A stretch of 64,000 nt of DNA from Candidatus Latescibacterota bacterium (GTDB lineage Bacteria > Latescibacterota > UBA2968 > UBA8231): the NCBI GenBank assembly GCA_965197905.1, contig CBDAOB010000005.1, forward strand, positions 1,728,001 to 1,792,000, written 5' to 3'. Position numbers and translations under genes: made by a program. Of the stretch, positions 27,708 through 38,107 are shown piece after piece. Below the pieces are notes generated by a model. The model saw only the letters and a list, made by a program, of their open reading frames with translations, had not been told where the DNA came from and did not search any database. Positions within the stretch are counted from its first letter, which is position 1, and each line of letters begins with the position of its first letter.

Positions 27708-30230
27708 CTATCGCAGAATGGCGAAATGCCCGGTCTGCTGGCCTCCGGGGTATTCGGCGACGAAGATGTAGAGGCCGCTTGTCACCTCGATGCCGTCCTT
27801 GGAAAACATGTCCCAATACAAGGTACCATTAGCTACGTTAGTACTTTCGAACTCAAGCACGTCCACCACCTGGCCGGAGACGTCGAGGATCGTTATTTGG
27901 GTGCCGGTGGTCAGGTTGACGAACTGAATCTTGTGTTCCGTGCGCACGTCGTGCAACGCCTGCTGCTTGTACGGATTTGGCAACACTTGAATCTTGACCT
28001 GACCCGACCTCAGGGCTTTTGGATCGGACAACTCTGAATTTATGAGCAGCGGGGCTCCGATATCCTTGAGCCTTTGGCCGTCGAACGGATTCGGGTAAAA
28101 GGGATTCCCCGTCGTCCACCAGTAGGTCCCCTCCCACAACCCGGTGCGACCATTCCAGTTGTGTCTGTGGGTTTCCAGGGAGTTGAAGGCTCGATCGGCG
28201 ACCTCTCCGCGCTCACTATCGAAGGCAGCAACGTAGTAGTAATAGGTGAATCCGAAGTTTATCAGGGCGCTGTCGTCGACAAATTTGTAACGGTAACGGT
28301 CGACATCGTCCTCGTCGTTGATGTAGGTGCTCAGTTCGCTGGCAGGAATAAGTTTGACCAGACTGTACGGTCCCCACGCCTCCGCCGTCTGCTCCTGATA
28401 GGCATCGGAGCTGATGTTCGGGTTGTTCGGCACTCCGAACGCGGCCAGCTCCTCGTCCGCGGGATCTTCTTCGGTCTGCTGATGGTACCGATCTACTAAC
28501 CGAACGCCTAGTTTCCGCGAAGCGAATGTGAAGGCGCTGGAGGGGGACGACCGATAGATCTTATACCCAGCGAAGTCCGCCGCCTGCTCCGCGCGATCAT
28601 CCCACTTTATCTTGGCGCGACTGGTGCGATCTGGCGCCACTTCCGGAACCGCGATCATGTCGGGAGTGGGAGGCGGTTCGGGAACCACCCAATCGCGCTC
28701 GTACGCCCATTGTGCGGCCTTGCGCGCCCGGCGCACACCCTGCAAACGAAAACCGCCGTATTCCACCAGCACCAGGTTCATCGTTTCCCCCACACGCAGG
28801 GAGAAGGGCCCGACCCCAACGTAGGTATCCCCGTTGAATCCATGGTCGATGGCGTAACCCTCATCCCAATCGCAGTCGGATCCGTCTGCTTCTGCGCAGG
28901 CGTTGCCTTTCTCCCAGTTCTGGGTAAAGGTGCCGCGGTACTTCATGTCGCCATCGGGTCGGCTACGTTCCGCGGTCGGCCGCACCGCGCTTACGAACGA
29001 CAGAGGATTGCCGGCTTCGACCTCGGCATGATCAGGATCGAACCAATTCGCGTCCGGAGAAAGATCCAGAGCCGCCCGGTCCCAGATCTCGGACCCTGCA
29101 TTTTCGTAGAAGACACCCATCGAAAGGGCGTGATCCTCCCAGGGGAAGTGATCATTGTTTCCGTACCCTTTGGTGGCGGAAGTAAACCATCCCCTCTGCG
29201 CGCCTGCGCCAACCGGGTGACTGCTGTAGATCGTTTCCTTGTCCGCCTGTCCGGAGCTGCTGCCGGCAACCGGAAGCCCTCCCTCTTTGGCGGCGATCCA
29301 CTGCGACCCGGTATATATGTCGTAATAATAGCGGCGACCGCGATTCATGGTGTTCCCGAGGAAACGCGCGCCGTCCGGAGCCCAGGGCACCCCGTCCGGA
29401 CCGGAGCCGGCCTCGAGGTTTCCCGGACTGGGTCCGGAAAATACCAACGGCACATCCCATGGAATACCATCCAGATCTGGCGTCCCGTCATATCCCGATG
29501 TGGGCCCTGTAAACCAGCCGGATGTACCACGATCGCCCAGAATATCGTTCGCAATGCTGTTGATCGGTTCGTTGCGGACACCGAATACCAGCGCCTTTAT
29601 CTCGTTGTCGGTGCGCTCGGGCTGACCATCTCCATCTACATCGAGAACACCCGTATTGGTCAGCTCCAGCTCCAACGCGATGAAGTCGTTCATGTTGGCG
29701 TGATTGAGGGTCCACTGGCGGATCCTGTACTTGACGTCGATGCCCAGGTTGGTCGGCATGCGCCCTTCGTAGATCAGCTGATGCCGCTTATCGGAATCGA
29801 CCCAGTGGGTGGCTGGATCGGCCTTCGCCTCGCCGGTAACCGTGGGTCGATGAAACCCGTAGGCGTAATGTCCCGCGCTGGGACTGCTGGAGGTAGTGAA
29901 ATGGTTGAAGTTCGGATCGGGATCGTACTCCACCATCACGATTTCCTGCTTCCAGGGTATGTGCAGATTCTCTCCGCCTGGGTACATCTGCGTCGGCGTC
30001 GTCCACTCGCGATCGAGGTTACCGACCCTGAACAGGTGATACAGAGCGTTCGGGTCGTCGACGTTTTCGTAATAGGTCTTGCCGACGTTGCTTGGCAGAA
30101 AGGTTTCCCACAGATCGCCGGCCGCGAAGACCCCCCCTGGCTCAGCCGGCTGAGCCGAGGCGATGCCCCAGGTGAGCAGGAAAAGCACGGCCGTGCGCGC
30201 GAAGAGCGAGGTGGTCAGATTTGCATTCAC
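27708..30230 (-). CDS. Large secreted protein with Fn3-like region and C-terminal T9SS-like sorting domain
   Basis: Signal peptide; PEPPPTP, DFAGYKIYRS and YYYYVAAFD; C-term IQVLPNPY...WDMFSKDGIEVTSGLYIF. Confidence 0.82.
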   Translation of the reverse strand: MNANLTTSLFARTAVLFLLTWGIASAQPAEPGGVFAAGDLWETFLPSNVGKTYYENVDDPNALYHLFRVGNLDREWTTPTQMYPGGENLHIPWKQEIVMVEYDPDPNFNHFTTSSSPSAGHYAYGFHRPTVTGEAKADPATHWVDSDKRHQLIYEGRMPTNLGIDVKYRIRQWTLNHANMNDFIALELELTNTGVLDVDGDGQPERTDNEIKALVFGVRNEPINSIANDILGDRGTSGWFTGPTSGYDGTPDLDGIPWDVPLVFSGPSPGNLEAGSGPDGVPWAPDGARFLGNTMNRGRRYYYDIYTGSQWIAAKEGGLPVAGSSSGQADKETIYSSHPVGAGAQRGWFTSATKGYGNNDHFPWEDHALSMGVFYENAGSEIWDRAALDLSPDANWFDPDHAEVEAGNPLSFVSAVRPTAERSRPDGDMKYRGTFTQNWEKGNACAEADGSDCDWDEGYAIDHGFNGDTYVGVGPFSLRVGETMNLVLVEYGGFRLQGVRRARKAAQWAYERDWVVPEPPPTPDMIAVPEVAPDRTSRAKIKWDDRAEQAADFAGYKIYRSSPSSAFTFASRKLGVRLVDRYHQQTEEDPADEELAAFGVPNNPNISSDAYQEQTAEAWGPYSLVKLIPASELSTYINDEDDVDRYRYKFVDDSALINFGFTYYYYVAAFDSERGEVADRAFNSLETHRHNWNGRTGLWEGTYWWTTGNPFYPNPFDGQRLKDIGAPLLINSELSDPKALRSGQVKIQVLPNPYKQQALHDVRTEHKIQFVNLTTGTQITILDVSGQVVDVLEFESTNVANGTLYWDMFSKDGIEVTSGLYIFVAEYPGGQQTGHFAILR

Positions 30231-30238
30231 CACGACAC

Positions 30239-33200
30239 CTAATAGTCGACGCTGAATCCGAGACTCCACTGGCGGGGATCGCCGTAGATCGGCTGTCCCG
30301 AGTCTCCAGCGTACGCTCGGTTCAGATCACCCGTCGGGTCCTGTTTATCTTCCCACAACACCTGGCTCTGAATGTTGTACCGGTCGTAGGCGATGACATT
30401 CTTCCTGTCGAAGAGGTTGCGTACCTCAACGAAGCCGGATAACGCGTACTGTCCGACCTTGAATCGCCGGCTGGCGCGAACCTCCGTTCTCAGGTTCCAG
30501 GGAGCCCGATCGCTCTCCCGGTTTCTCGGGTCGGTGCCGGTCGCCTCGAGCCGATAGAAAAATCCACTCTCCGCGGTCGAGATCAGTGCCAGGTCGGTGG
30601 ACCAGGCCAGCTTCGCCTTCAAGGTCACCGACAGTTGATGGGCTCGATCGTACCCACCGCCGAGATTGTCCGCGGATCCTCCTCCACCCGTAACGTTCTG
30701 CTCGTAGCTGTTGAAGGTATCGCGGTCATCAAACGGAATATTCGCATCGCCGTCCGCGACGGAAGAATACGAGGTCTTGTCAGGAAATGGTGAGGCGGCT
30801 TCGTCGCGAAAGGAGGTCTTGATGTAGCTGAAGGCGTAATTTACCCGGCCCGATACCGGACCCGACGGACGCCTTAGGGATAACTCGAATCCCCTGCTGT
30901 CGGCGTACCCGAAGCTGGTCACCAGATCGTAGCGCCCGAAGCCAGTCCCTGCCGCCGGACGGATCACGTAACCTATCTCACCGTAGTTCTCGATGTCGCG
31001 ATAATAGGTTGTGGCGTCCAGCAGATAATCTCTGCTGAAGCTGTACTGGACACCCATTTCGTATGCCGTCGATTTAGGTGGCACCCGTTCCACGTCGCTG
31101 ACCCTGGGCAACGATGGGTTGGTAAAGAAACCGTACCCCTCGTAGAGCTGGGAGAACGGTGGCGGCGAATAGAACCTGCCCCACGAGTAATAGATAGCGG
31201 CATTCTCGGAGATCGGATGGGATATCCCCAGTCGCGGTTGCCAGAACCAGCGAGTGTCGACCTTTTTGGTGCGCACCTGCCGGCGGACGATCTGGCCGTT
31301 CTCCAGGGTCTCTTGCCGGGCGGGGCGGAAGAAATCGTTGAACTGTCGGGCATCGACGTCGAGGCCATCCAACCTGATCCCGGCGTTGACGATCGCCCCC
31401 TTGTACTCGATGCGGTCTTGAAGATAGGCCGCGAACTCTCGCGGATTCCGCTCGTAGTCGGTCTGCGCGTAAGGAAAATCGGGATCGTAGGTAATGCGCA
31501 CGGTAGTAAGCTGCTGAAACTGAGAAACCAGATGCTGACGCAGCAGGATACCCGTTTTCAATTGATGATTGAAGTTGACCTGACGAGTCAGATCCGCCTT
31601 CAATTGGGTAACATTTCGCTCCAGTTCCTCGTAGTAGAAACCAGGCTGCGCATAGCGGTACTGGTTCGATCCGATCGAGGAAACGAACGACTGATCGTTC
31701 CCTGGGTTGGGCGAGAAAAAGGACAACGTGCCGTCGGATAGAACACCCGACCCTCCGACTCCCAGATATTTTTCTGCCTGTTCCGCAGATCTGATGATGA
31801 GGAAATCCCCGTCTTCGTTACGGCTGGAGCGACCGTCACCGTCATCGTCGGAGAAACCGAATTCGCTGTTTCGCTGTAGGCTGGAAATCTTCACGTTGTA
31901 GAAGGATTCCGGTGCCGTGAAATGGGTCCAACTCAGGTACCCGAACAGCCCCAGCTTCTTGTGACCGATGGCCCCTTCCGGGAAGAATTTGTATTTCCCG
32001 TTGAAATTGCGGTTTACCCATCCACCCCATTTGCCGCCATCATCGACCATAAGGTTGGCCACCAACTTTCGGTCGGTACCAAGTGCGTGCGCGAGCTTCA
32101 AGGAATACCGGATCGAGCGATCGAGCATATTGACGAGGTGGCCGCGGTCGTTGACCAGGTGCGTAGTGAAGAAAAATGTGGTGTTGCGACTCAACGGACC
32201 ACCGAAAGAGAATTCGGTCTCCAATCGAGGATCATCGCCGTAACCGAGCTTCGCTATGTCAGATTCGGCGAAGCTATATAGCGCTCCCTTGGCGCGCTGC
32301 GTGTCGTCCGGGTTGCCGGCGTCATCCGTCGCACTCAACAAGCCGTCCCGTTCCGCGAGATAGAGCTCTAAGTCGCTGGATATCTGCGCTCCATCCACGG
32401 TCCGGGCGTTGGCGTATAGGTCGGGTCCTGCATTCCGCACCCCAGGGGAAAAGCGGAAGAATACCCGACCCGAATAACGTTGTCCCCCCTCCCTCGTGCT
32501 GATATCGATCACCCCGGCGGAAGCGGCATCGTACTCGGCATTGAAGGTCCCCGAAAGAATGTCGACGGACTGAACAGCGCCGGCACTGATGCCGACGGAG
32601 GTGTATTCTCGTGGATTCGAGCGCACAACGGAAGTGTAGGGTGAGTAGACGTCCCTGCCCTCACCACCACGGAAGTAGGTGTCGGAGATGTCGATTCCGT
32701 CCAACAGGTATTTCGTGTCCGCCTTGCGCCCACCCCTCACGAAACCCCGGAAGCTGCTCGGCGCGGTGTCGATCAATTCGTGTACCGTGCCCACGGGCAT
32801 GGTGTTATTCAATTCGGAGGCATCGATCGTAGAGCGACTGGCGGTAAGGGTCCTTTCGACCAGAGGCCGCTGCGCAATCACCGTAACGACCTCGGTCTCG
32901 ATCTCTTGCTTTTCGAGCCGAAATTCGATAGTAGTGGTGAGATCGTTGCGAACATGAACGCCGGTCTGCTGCAGGGGCTGGAAACCTACGTAGGAAGCCT
33001 GCACCGTGTATGAACCGGGAGCGACGTTCAAAACAAAGAACCGCCCCAGTTGGTCCGTGCTCGAGCCGACAACCGTCGACCCGATGGTCATGGTAACGTT
33101 AGCGCCGGGGAGCGGATTGCCCTCCGAGTCGCCTACCGTGCCCGCCACCTTCCCGTAACCGGCCAGTGCTGCGGTATGCGCAAACGCCAACAGAAAAGCC

Positions 33201-33241
33201 GTGCTGGCCCAGTTTCGAGCGATAAGCCCTAGCGAGCCCAC
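30239..33241 (-). CDS. TonB-dependent receptor with carboxypeptidase-regulatory-like N-domain
   Basis: GNPLPGANV; plug VRGG...YLLDGIDI...GTFNAEY; QPRLGISHPIS; VRNLFD; C-term LGFSVDY. Confidence 0.92.
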   Translation of the reverse strand: MGSLGLIARNWASTAFLLAFAHTAALAGYGKVAGTVGDSEGNPLPGANVTMTIGSTVVGSSTDQLGRFFVLNVAPGSYTVQASYVGFQPLQQTGVHVRNDLTTTIEFRLEKQEIETEVVTVIAQRPLVERTLTASRSTIDASELNNTMPVGTVHELIDTAPSSFRGFVRGGRKADTKYLLDGIDISDTYFRGGEGRDVYSPYTSVVRSNPREYTSVGISAGAVQSVDILSGTFNAEYDAASAGVIDISTREGGQRYSGRVFFRFSPGVRNAGPDLYANARTVDGAQISSDLELYLAERDGLLSATDDAGNPDDTQRAKGALYSFAESDIAKLGYGDDPRLETEFSFGGPLSRNTTFFFTTHLVNDRGHLVNMLDRSIRYSLKLAHALGTDRKLVANLMVDDGGKWGGWVNRNFNGKYKFFPEGAIGHKKLGLFGYLSWTHFTAPESFYNVKISSLQRNSEFGFSDDDGDGRSSRNEDGDFLIIRSAEQAEKYLGVGGSGVLSDGTLSFFSPNPGNDQSFVSSIGSNQYRYAQPGFYYEELERNVTQLKADLTRQVNFNHQLKTGILLRQHLVSQFQQLTTVRITYDPDFPYAQTDYERNPREFAAYLQDRIEYKGAIVNAGIRLDGLDVDARQFNDFFRPARQETLENGQIVRRQVRTKKVDTRWFWQPRLGISHPISENAAIYYSWGRFYSPPPFSQLYEGYGFFTNPSLPRVSDVERVPPKSTAYEMGVQYSFSRDYLLDATTYYRDIENYGEIGYVIRPAAGTGFGRYDLVTSFGYADSRGFELSLRRPSGPVSGRVNYAFSYIKTSFRDEAASPFPDKTSYSSVADGDANIPFDDRDTFNSYEQNVTGGGGSADNLGGGYDRAHQLSVTLKAKLAWSTDLALISTAESGFFYRLEATGTDPRNRESDRAPWNLRTEVRASRRFKVGQYALSGFVEVRNLFDRKNVIAYDRYNIQSQVLWEDKQDPTGDLNRAYAGDSGQPIYGDPRQWSLGFSVDY

Positions 33242-33390
33242 GAAGGAACCTCTCTATCTATTACGTTGTTCAACAGACCGAGCTCCCCGTGGAATGTGAC
33301 CAACGACGATGAGTCCCGGCCTCACAAAATCGAAATCGTCGGTCCCCGGGTCAATCGAAATCTTGAACCCGCTCCTGGCCGCCGCGTCGG

Positions 33391-35328
33391 TTACCAAAAG
33401 AACAGGTAGTTCCCGGTCGCGCCGGTGAAGCCATCTATGGCTAACCAGAGGCCGCCTGCCCCATACTGTCCCACGATCAGTCCCAGGAAGAACGGACGGA
33501 TTCTGGAGTAGAGTTGAATGCCGCCCGTGCGTAGCACCACCACCTTTATCACCCAGGCGACAAAGATGCTCGGCATCAGATGATGTGTGGTCCACATGGC
33601 ACTCACGGGAAAAGCGATGGGGTGCAAAGGCCACCAGAAAAACTGCTTGTGAGCCAGGGTGAGAAGAAGCTGGATCAGTGCCCTCACCCCGGCGACCGAT
33701 GTGAACTCCCACGACCAGGGAGCCCCTGCGGCCAGGTGATACGAGGCAAACGCATACGGTGCCGTGGCGTCGCTGGCCCCGAAAAACCAGAAGCTCAAAT
33801 TCAGGCTGCCGCGATGGTATCCTATGTTCAACACGGTGACGATCGCACAGGCCGTAGAGATGCCAGCGGCCACGATGATCGCCAGAAACAGCCTCTTTTG
33901 TTTCCTCTTGATGTACCCCTCGGCCAGCCGCAGACCGTGAATGACGGCGGTCATGGCAGTGATGCGCATCTCACCCGACCAGGTATTTGCCAGTCCCAAT
34001 CCGGCGATGTTTGATGCCCCAAGGGTTTGTGCTCCGAAGGCTCCCATCGCCACGTCACCGGTCATAATGGGTGGCTTCGCCACCGCCAGTCCTCCCTCCG
34101 CAACGATTCTCGTGATTCCCAGGAGCAAGGCGAACGTCGTGACCGCCACAACGGGCACTAACCACCAGCTCATTCCCGCCAGGTAGAACCACACCATGAT
34201 CAGCACTATGGAGACGCCCAAAACGGCGTACGCTTGCCGATAGGAGATGATTTCATCGCCATCCGCGGTCGTCCGCGCCCGGGCGATCCTCCATGCCTCT
34301 TGCAGATGCGGGCGGGCGATCCAGAGGGTATACCCCACCAAAACGATCATGGCGCCGAATCCCTGATAGACGAGATGAGACGAGCCGAGGGCAGTGCCCG
34401 CCACACGCTGCGTACCAGCAATACCCAATTCGAGCAGTACGGCGTGCTCGAGCGAGGTCAGGAGTCCGAGAAACCAGATGCTGAATCCGAGTTTGGTGCT
34501 GAGCAAGTATCCGAATCCGACCACTGCGTAGCTGAGCGAAAGCCGCAGGCGAAACTGATCGTCCCACAGAAAGTAGTAACGCCAGATCGGCATTCCCTCG
34601 GGAACCTCTGGAAAATAGTGGTGCATTCCCCGCAGGCTGTACATCACCAAAGGAAGGGCAACGCCCAGCAAGGCCGGCCACGAGCGGAGGAGCCGGTCTC
34701 CCGTAGCATCCGGACTCCCAATCAGAGCCGCGGGCAGTTGCATCAACGGAAAGTGCAGCCGCTCGTGGCGAACCCACTGCTTGCGTATCAACACCATCAT
34801 GGCCGTCATGGCGCAGATAGTGGCAAGCAACAACGGCGCCCACGCGGCCAGCGGTTTCAGCTAGGCACCCCACGGGATGGAAGCGTTTTGGGGCATGCCT
34901 TCATAGAACCATTTGAGCGCGCGTTCGTCGGTGACCTGGAGCCACGAGACGAAATGGGGCAGCACCTCTCGCTCCCACCGGTTGCCGGAAGTGGCGAAAT
35001 AACCTCCGGCGGAGATCTGCGGCAATAGTCGGCACACCAGACCGATGGTGGGCAAGGTGCAGGCGACGGCCCCCATGATGTAGACGGTGATCAACTCCGC
35101 GGGATCGAATCGCCATCTCTGTTTGAGCGCCCCCAAGAGAGGATTGATAAGAAGAGAGAACAGGAGAAACGCCAGCACAGCGGCGGGGGTGCTGTGATCG
35201 AAACTCAGAGGCGAACCGGAGATCAACAGGTTTTCGTACGGCGCGCCGATTCCGATGAGGGCTGCCACCAGCGAGCCGGCTATGATGGAACGGCGGCTGA
35301 CGGCGTACGAGGTTCCGGTTGCTCTCAA
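33391..35328 (-). pseudogene. DUF6785/DUF6784-like membrane protein with one in-frame TAG (34861-34863)
   Basis: ORFs 34861-35328 and 33391-34833 are in the same frame: SIPWGA*LKPLAAWAPLL...RKQWVRHERLHFPL. The paralog has PWDGW at this site. Confidence 0.85.
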
Positions 35329-35383
35329 AATTGCGTGGGGATCTAGGTTGAGGGGCTGGCGACAGATCCGACTTTTGGCTGGC

Positions 35384-36145
35384 TCAAATGCTGGCGGCTG
35401 CGATCAGGCCGCCGTCCACCCTCATGCAGGAGGCGGTGATGTAGTCCGCGTCATCGGACGCCAGAAACGCGACGGCGTTACCAATATCCTCGGCTTGCCC
35501 CATCCGCCCCCATGGAATCACTTCAATTTCGGCGCGATCGATCTCGTCGGAGGTCATTTCACCCGTGCTTCCGGGTGTCTGGATCCAGCCTGGCTCAAGG
35601 GCATTAACGCGAATCTTGTGTTTGGTCCATTCCATTCCGAGGCTCGCGGCAAAATGATTCAACCCCGCCTTGGTGACGTTGTAGATCGAGCTGTTGCGAT
35701 AGGCGCTCTCGGCGTGTACCGAGGTTATGATAATAATGCTGCCTCCACTCTCTTTCATGGCGCCGCATGCCAGCTGGCAGAGATGAAACGTGCCGAAGAA
35801 ATTGACCTCCACGGTTCGCCGCGCCTCTTCTTCGCTGGTCTCCTCCAGCGATTTCCGCGGATTCGTTCCGGCGTTGCACACCACCACATCCAGCTTTCCG
35901 TATTCCGCAACCGCGGCCTCCACCAAACGTTCGCAGGTTTCGCGACTTGCCGCATCGCCTGCAATACCGACCGCCCTTCGCCCGAGGCCTCTAATCTCCT
36001 GGCAGGCCCCATCGACGCTGGTCTGGGTGGCGCTATTAAGTACTAAGTCCGCCCCTTCGCCCGCAAAGACGCGTGCAATGCCCCGCCCAATTCCACGTTC
36101 CTTTCCGACCGAAGTGATCAATCCAACCTTGTTTTTCAGCCGCAT
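35384..36145 (-). CDS. SDR family oxidoreductase
   Basis: RGIG, CNAG, YNVTK and NALEPG. Confidence 0.92.
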   Translation of the reverse strand: MRLKNKVGLITSVGKERGIGRGIARVFAGEGADLVLNSATQTSVDGACQEIRGLGRRAVGIAGDAASRETCERLVEAAVAEYGKLDVVVCNAGTNPRKSLEETSEEEARRTVEVNFFGTFHLCQLACGAMKESGGSIIIITSVHAESAYRNSSIYNVTKAGLNHFAASLGMEWTKHKIRVNALEPGWIQTPGSTGEMTSDEIDRAEIEVIPWGRMGQAEDIGNAVAFLASDDADYITASCMRVDGGLIAAASI

Positions 36146-36403
36146 GTTAGTATCCCCGCTCGAATGGTGTCGATTGTAAAACCTGGTTGACTACTGGAGC
36201 TCGTGATAACGAGCTATGAGAGGCTCCCGATCAACCTCGGGGGAACCGCTTTCCGGCTGTCAGGCTCGGCAAAATACGCCTCCTGCTGCACTGATGCAAG
36301 CTATTGCTGCATCTGAGTTTGCGCCTGTGGCTTCGATGTCCTTATCTTTGTGATGTTGGTTGTTTCAATACCTTCCCGATTCCCCAGATCGCAAGGACCT
36401 ACC

Positions 36404-37174
36404 GTGGAAGTAATCGTACTGGCAATCAGTGTCGGCGTCGCTCTTCTTTGGGGTGGCGTATTTGCTCTGATCAAGATGGTGGATCTGTTCGAGCGGAAGC
36501 ACATCCTCGGACTGGGCGCCTATACGACGTTGGTGGCCGGAGTCGTCATGGGGCTGGTCCTGTTTACGGTGTACGACCGCCAGAAGGAACATCGCCGCGA
36601 GCTGCAAAAACAGATGGAAACCGTGACGAAACGTCTGAGCGAGCTGAGCGAACGTCTGGTAGGCCAACTTGAGGAGAAAGCGGACCTGACGGCCTCTGAG
36701 TTCGAGATTCGCGCGAAACTGCAGACCGAGCAGGAACAACATCGGCGGACACAGGAGGAGCTGGCCACAGAGGTCTCGAACTCAGATCAACTGACCGGGG
36801 AATTGGACAAGGAGCGCCGGGCTCGAGCACAGTATCAACAGGATCAGAACCGGAAACTCGATCAACGCTTCAGCAAGGAAGAAGAACGCTACAAGGAGAT
36901 TCGCGAGCTCATGCAGACTTCCAGGAGCACCTTGCTGAACATGCAGAAGCAGCTCGCGTCGGTGCGCGACGATGCCAGCAGCTTGAAAACCCAGGTGACC
37001 AACATGCAGTCGACTCAGAACAGCTTGTTGGGAAAGGTGAACACCTCTCGGGAGGTTCAGGATCTCAACAGTCAAAAGGTGGACGCCCTAGCCCGCAACC
37101 AGGCCGCCCTTTACGAAGATCTCTCCAAAACCATGGCTGAAGTGGACAGCCTGTACAAATGGACACGACGGTAA
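36404..37174 (+). CDS. Two-TM inner-membrane protein with long coiled coil
   Basis: AAGGA then GTG; two hydrophobic helices followed by about 200 aa of heptad-rich sequence. Confidence 0.8.
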   Translation: MEVIVLAISVGVALLWGGVFALIKMVDLFERKHILGLGAYTTLVAGVVMGLVLFTVYDRQKEHRRELQKQMETVTKRLSELSERLVGQLEEKADLTASEFEIRAKLQTEQEQHRRTQEELATEVSNSDQLTGELDKERRARAQYQQDQNRKLDQRFSKEEERYKEIRELMQTSRSTLLNMQKQLASVRDDASSLKTQVTNMQSTQNSLLGKVNTSREVQDLNSQKVDALARNQAALYEDLSKTMAEVDSLYKWTRR

Positions 37175-37199
37175 ACACATTTCAAATCAGGAGCCTTGC

Positions 37200-38027
37200 A
37201 TGATACGTACCCGAGCCTCGTTAGTGTCAGTTGCGATCGCGGCAGCCTTTCTCTCGTGCGGAGAAGATGAGGACGCCATAAGACTGGCGGAATTCCAGAA
37301 CAATCTCCAGATGGCAAACGCGACCATTGATTCACTCAATTACACCGTCGAGTCATCGAATCTGTTGATCGACGAGCTACGGGCTCGCGCGGACAGCCTG
37401 CAGCACGTGGATGACAAGCTGCTCGCTTCGGTGCAGAAGTTGAATCGCGAGGTGAAGAAGTGGCGCAGACTGGCTTCCGAACAGAAACGCATGAACCAGC
37501 AGCTGACCCAGAAAATCGAACGCATGAAGGTGGAAAAACAGGCCGATAAACGGTCCATTGCCCACCTTCGATCGCAAGCCGACAGCCTCAACTCCGCGCT
37601 TTTGGACGCCCACACCAGCATACGCCGGCAGAGCGACCACATCCGCAAGGTCGAGCTGGATCTGGCCCAAGCACAGGATGACATCGCCGAGCTCAAGCAG
37701 GCGCGAAATTCAGTGGTCGTGTATATGGCCAGCGAGGGGTATCTGAAAGAAAACGGTTACCTGGATACCGCCCGCCCTTTTGGGCGTGTTTTTCGCAAGT
37801 CCTACCGGTTGATCCGCAAGTTGGATCCGAACGATCCGGCAGTCCGCAAGGTGCCCATTGGTGAGGAGCTCACATTCGAGGGTAAGCTAGAGGCGCTTGT
37901 CGATCGCTACGGGCAGTTGAACAAGGGGGATGATTACGAGAAGAGCCAGGAAGAAGGGCTTACTCGGATCACCTTTCGCAGCGAGACCTTGGGGGGCGTG
38001 GACGTTCTCGCTGTCATTAAGGAGTAG
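37200..38027 (+). CDS. Coiled-coil lipoprotein, Cbp1-like architecture
   Basis: FLSC lipobox; about 160-aa coiled coil; C-domain NSVVVYMASEGYLKENGYL recalls Bacteroidota Cbp1-family proteins (tentative). Confidence 0.75.
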   Translation: MIRTRASLVSVAIAAAFLSCGEDEDAIRLAEFQNNLQMANATIDSLNYTVESSNLLIDELRARADSLQHVDDKLLASVQKLNREVKKWRRLASEQKRMNQQLTQKIERMKVEKQADKRSIAHLRSQADSLNSALLDAHTSIRRQSDHIRKVELDLAQAQDDIAELKQARNSVVVYMASEGYLKENGYLDTARPFGRVFRKSYRLIRKLDPNDPAVRKVPIGEELTFEGKLEALVDRYGQLNKGDDYEKSQEEGLTRITFRSETLGGVDVLAVIKE

Positions 38028-38055
38028 GCGGCTCCCGATAACCCTAGGTTAAACG

Positions 38056-38100
38056 ACGCTGCCGCCGCTGCTCGGCAAGAGCGCAGCCGGCAGCGTTTTT
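38056..38100 (+). terminator. Intrinsic terminator between convergent operons
   Basis: ACGCTGCCG...CGGCAGCGT followed by a T-run. Confidence 0.65.
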
Positions 38101-38107
38101 GTGTCGC

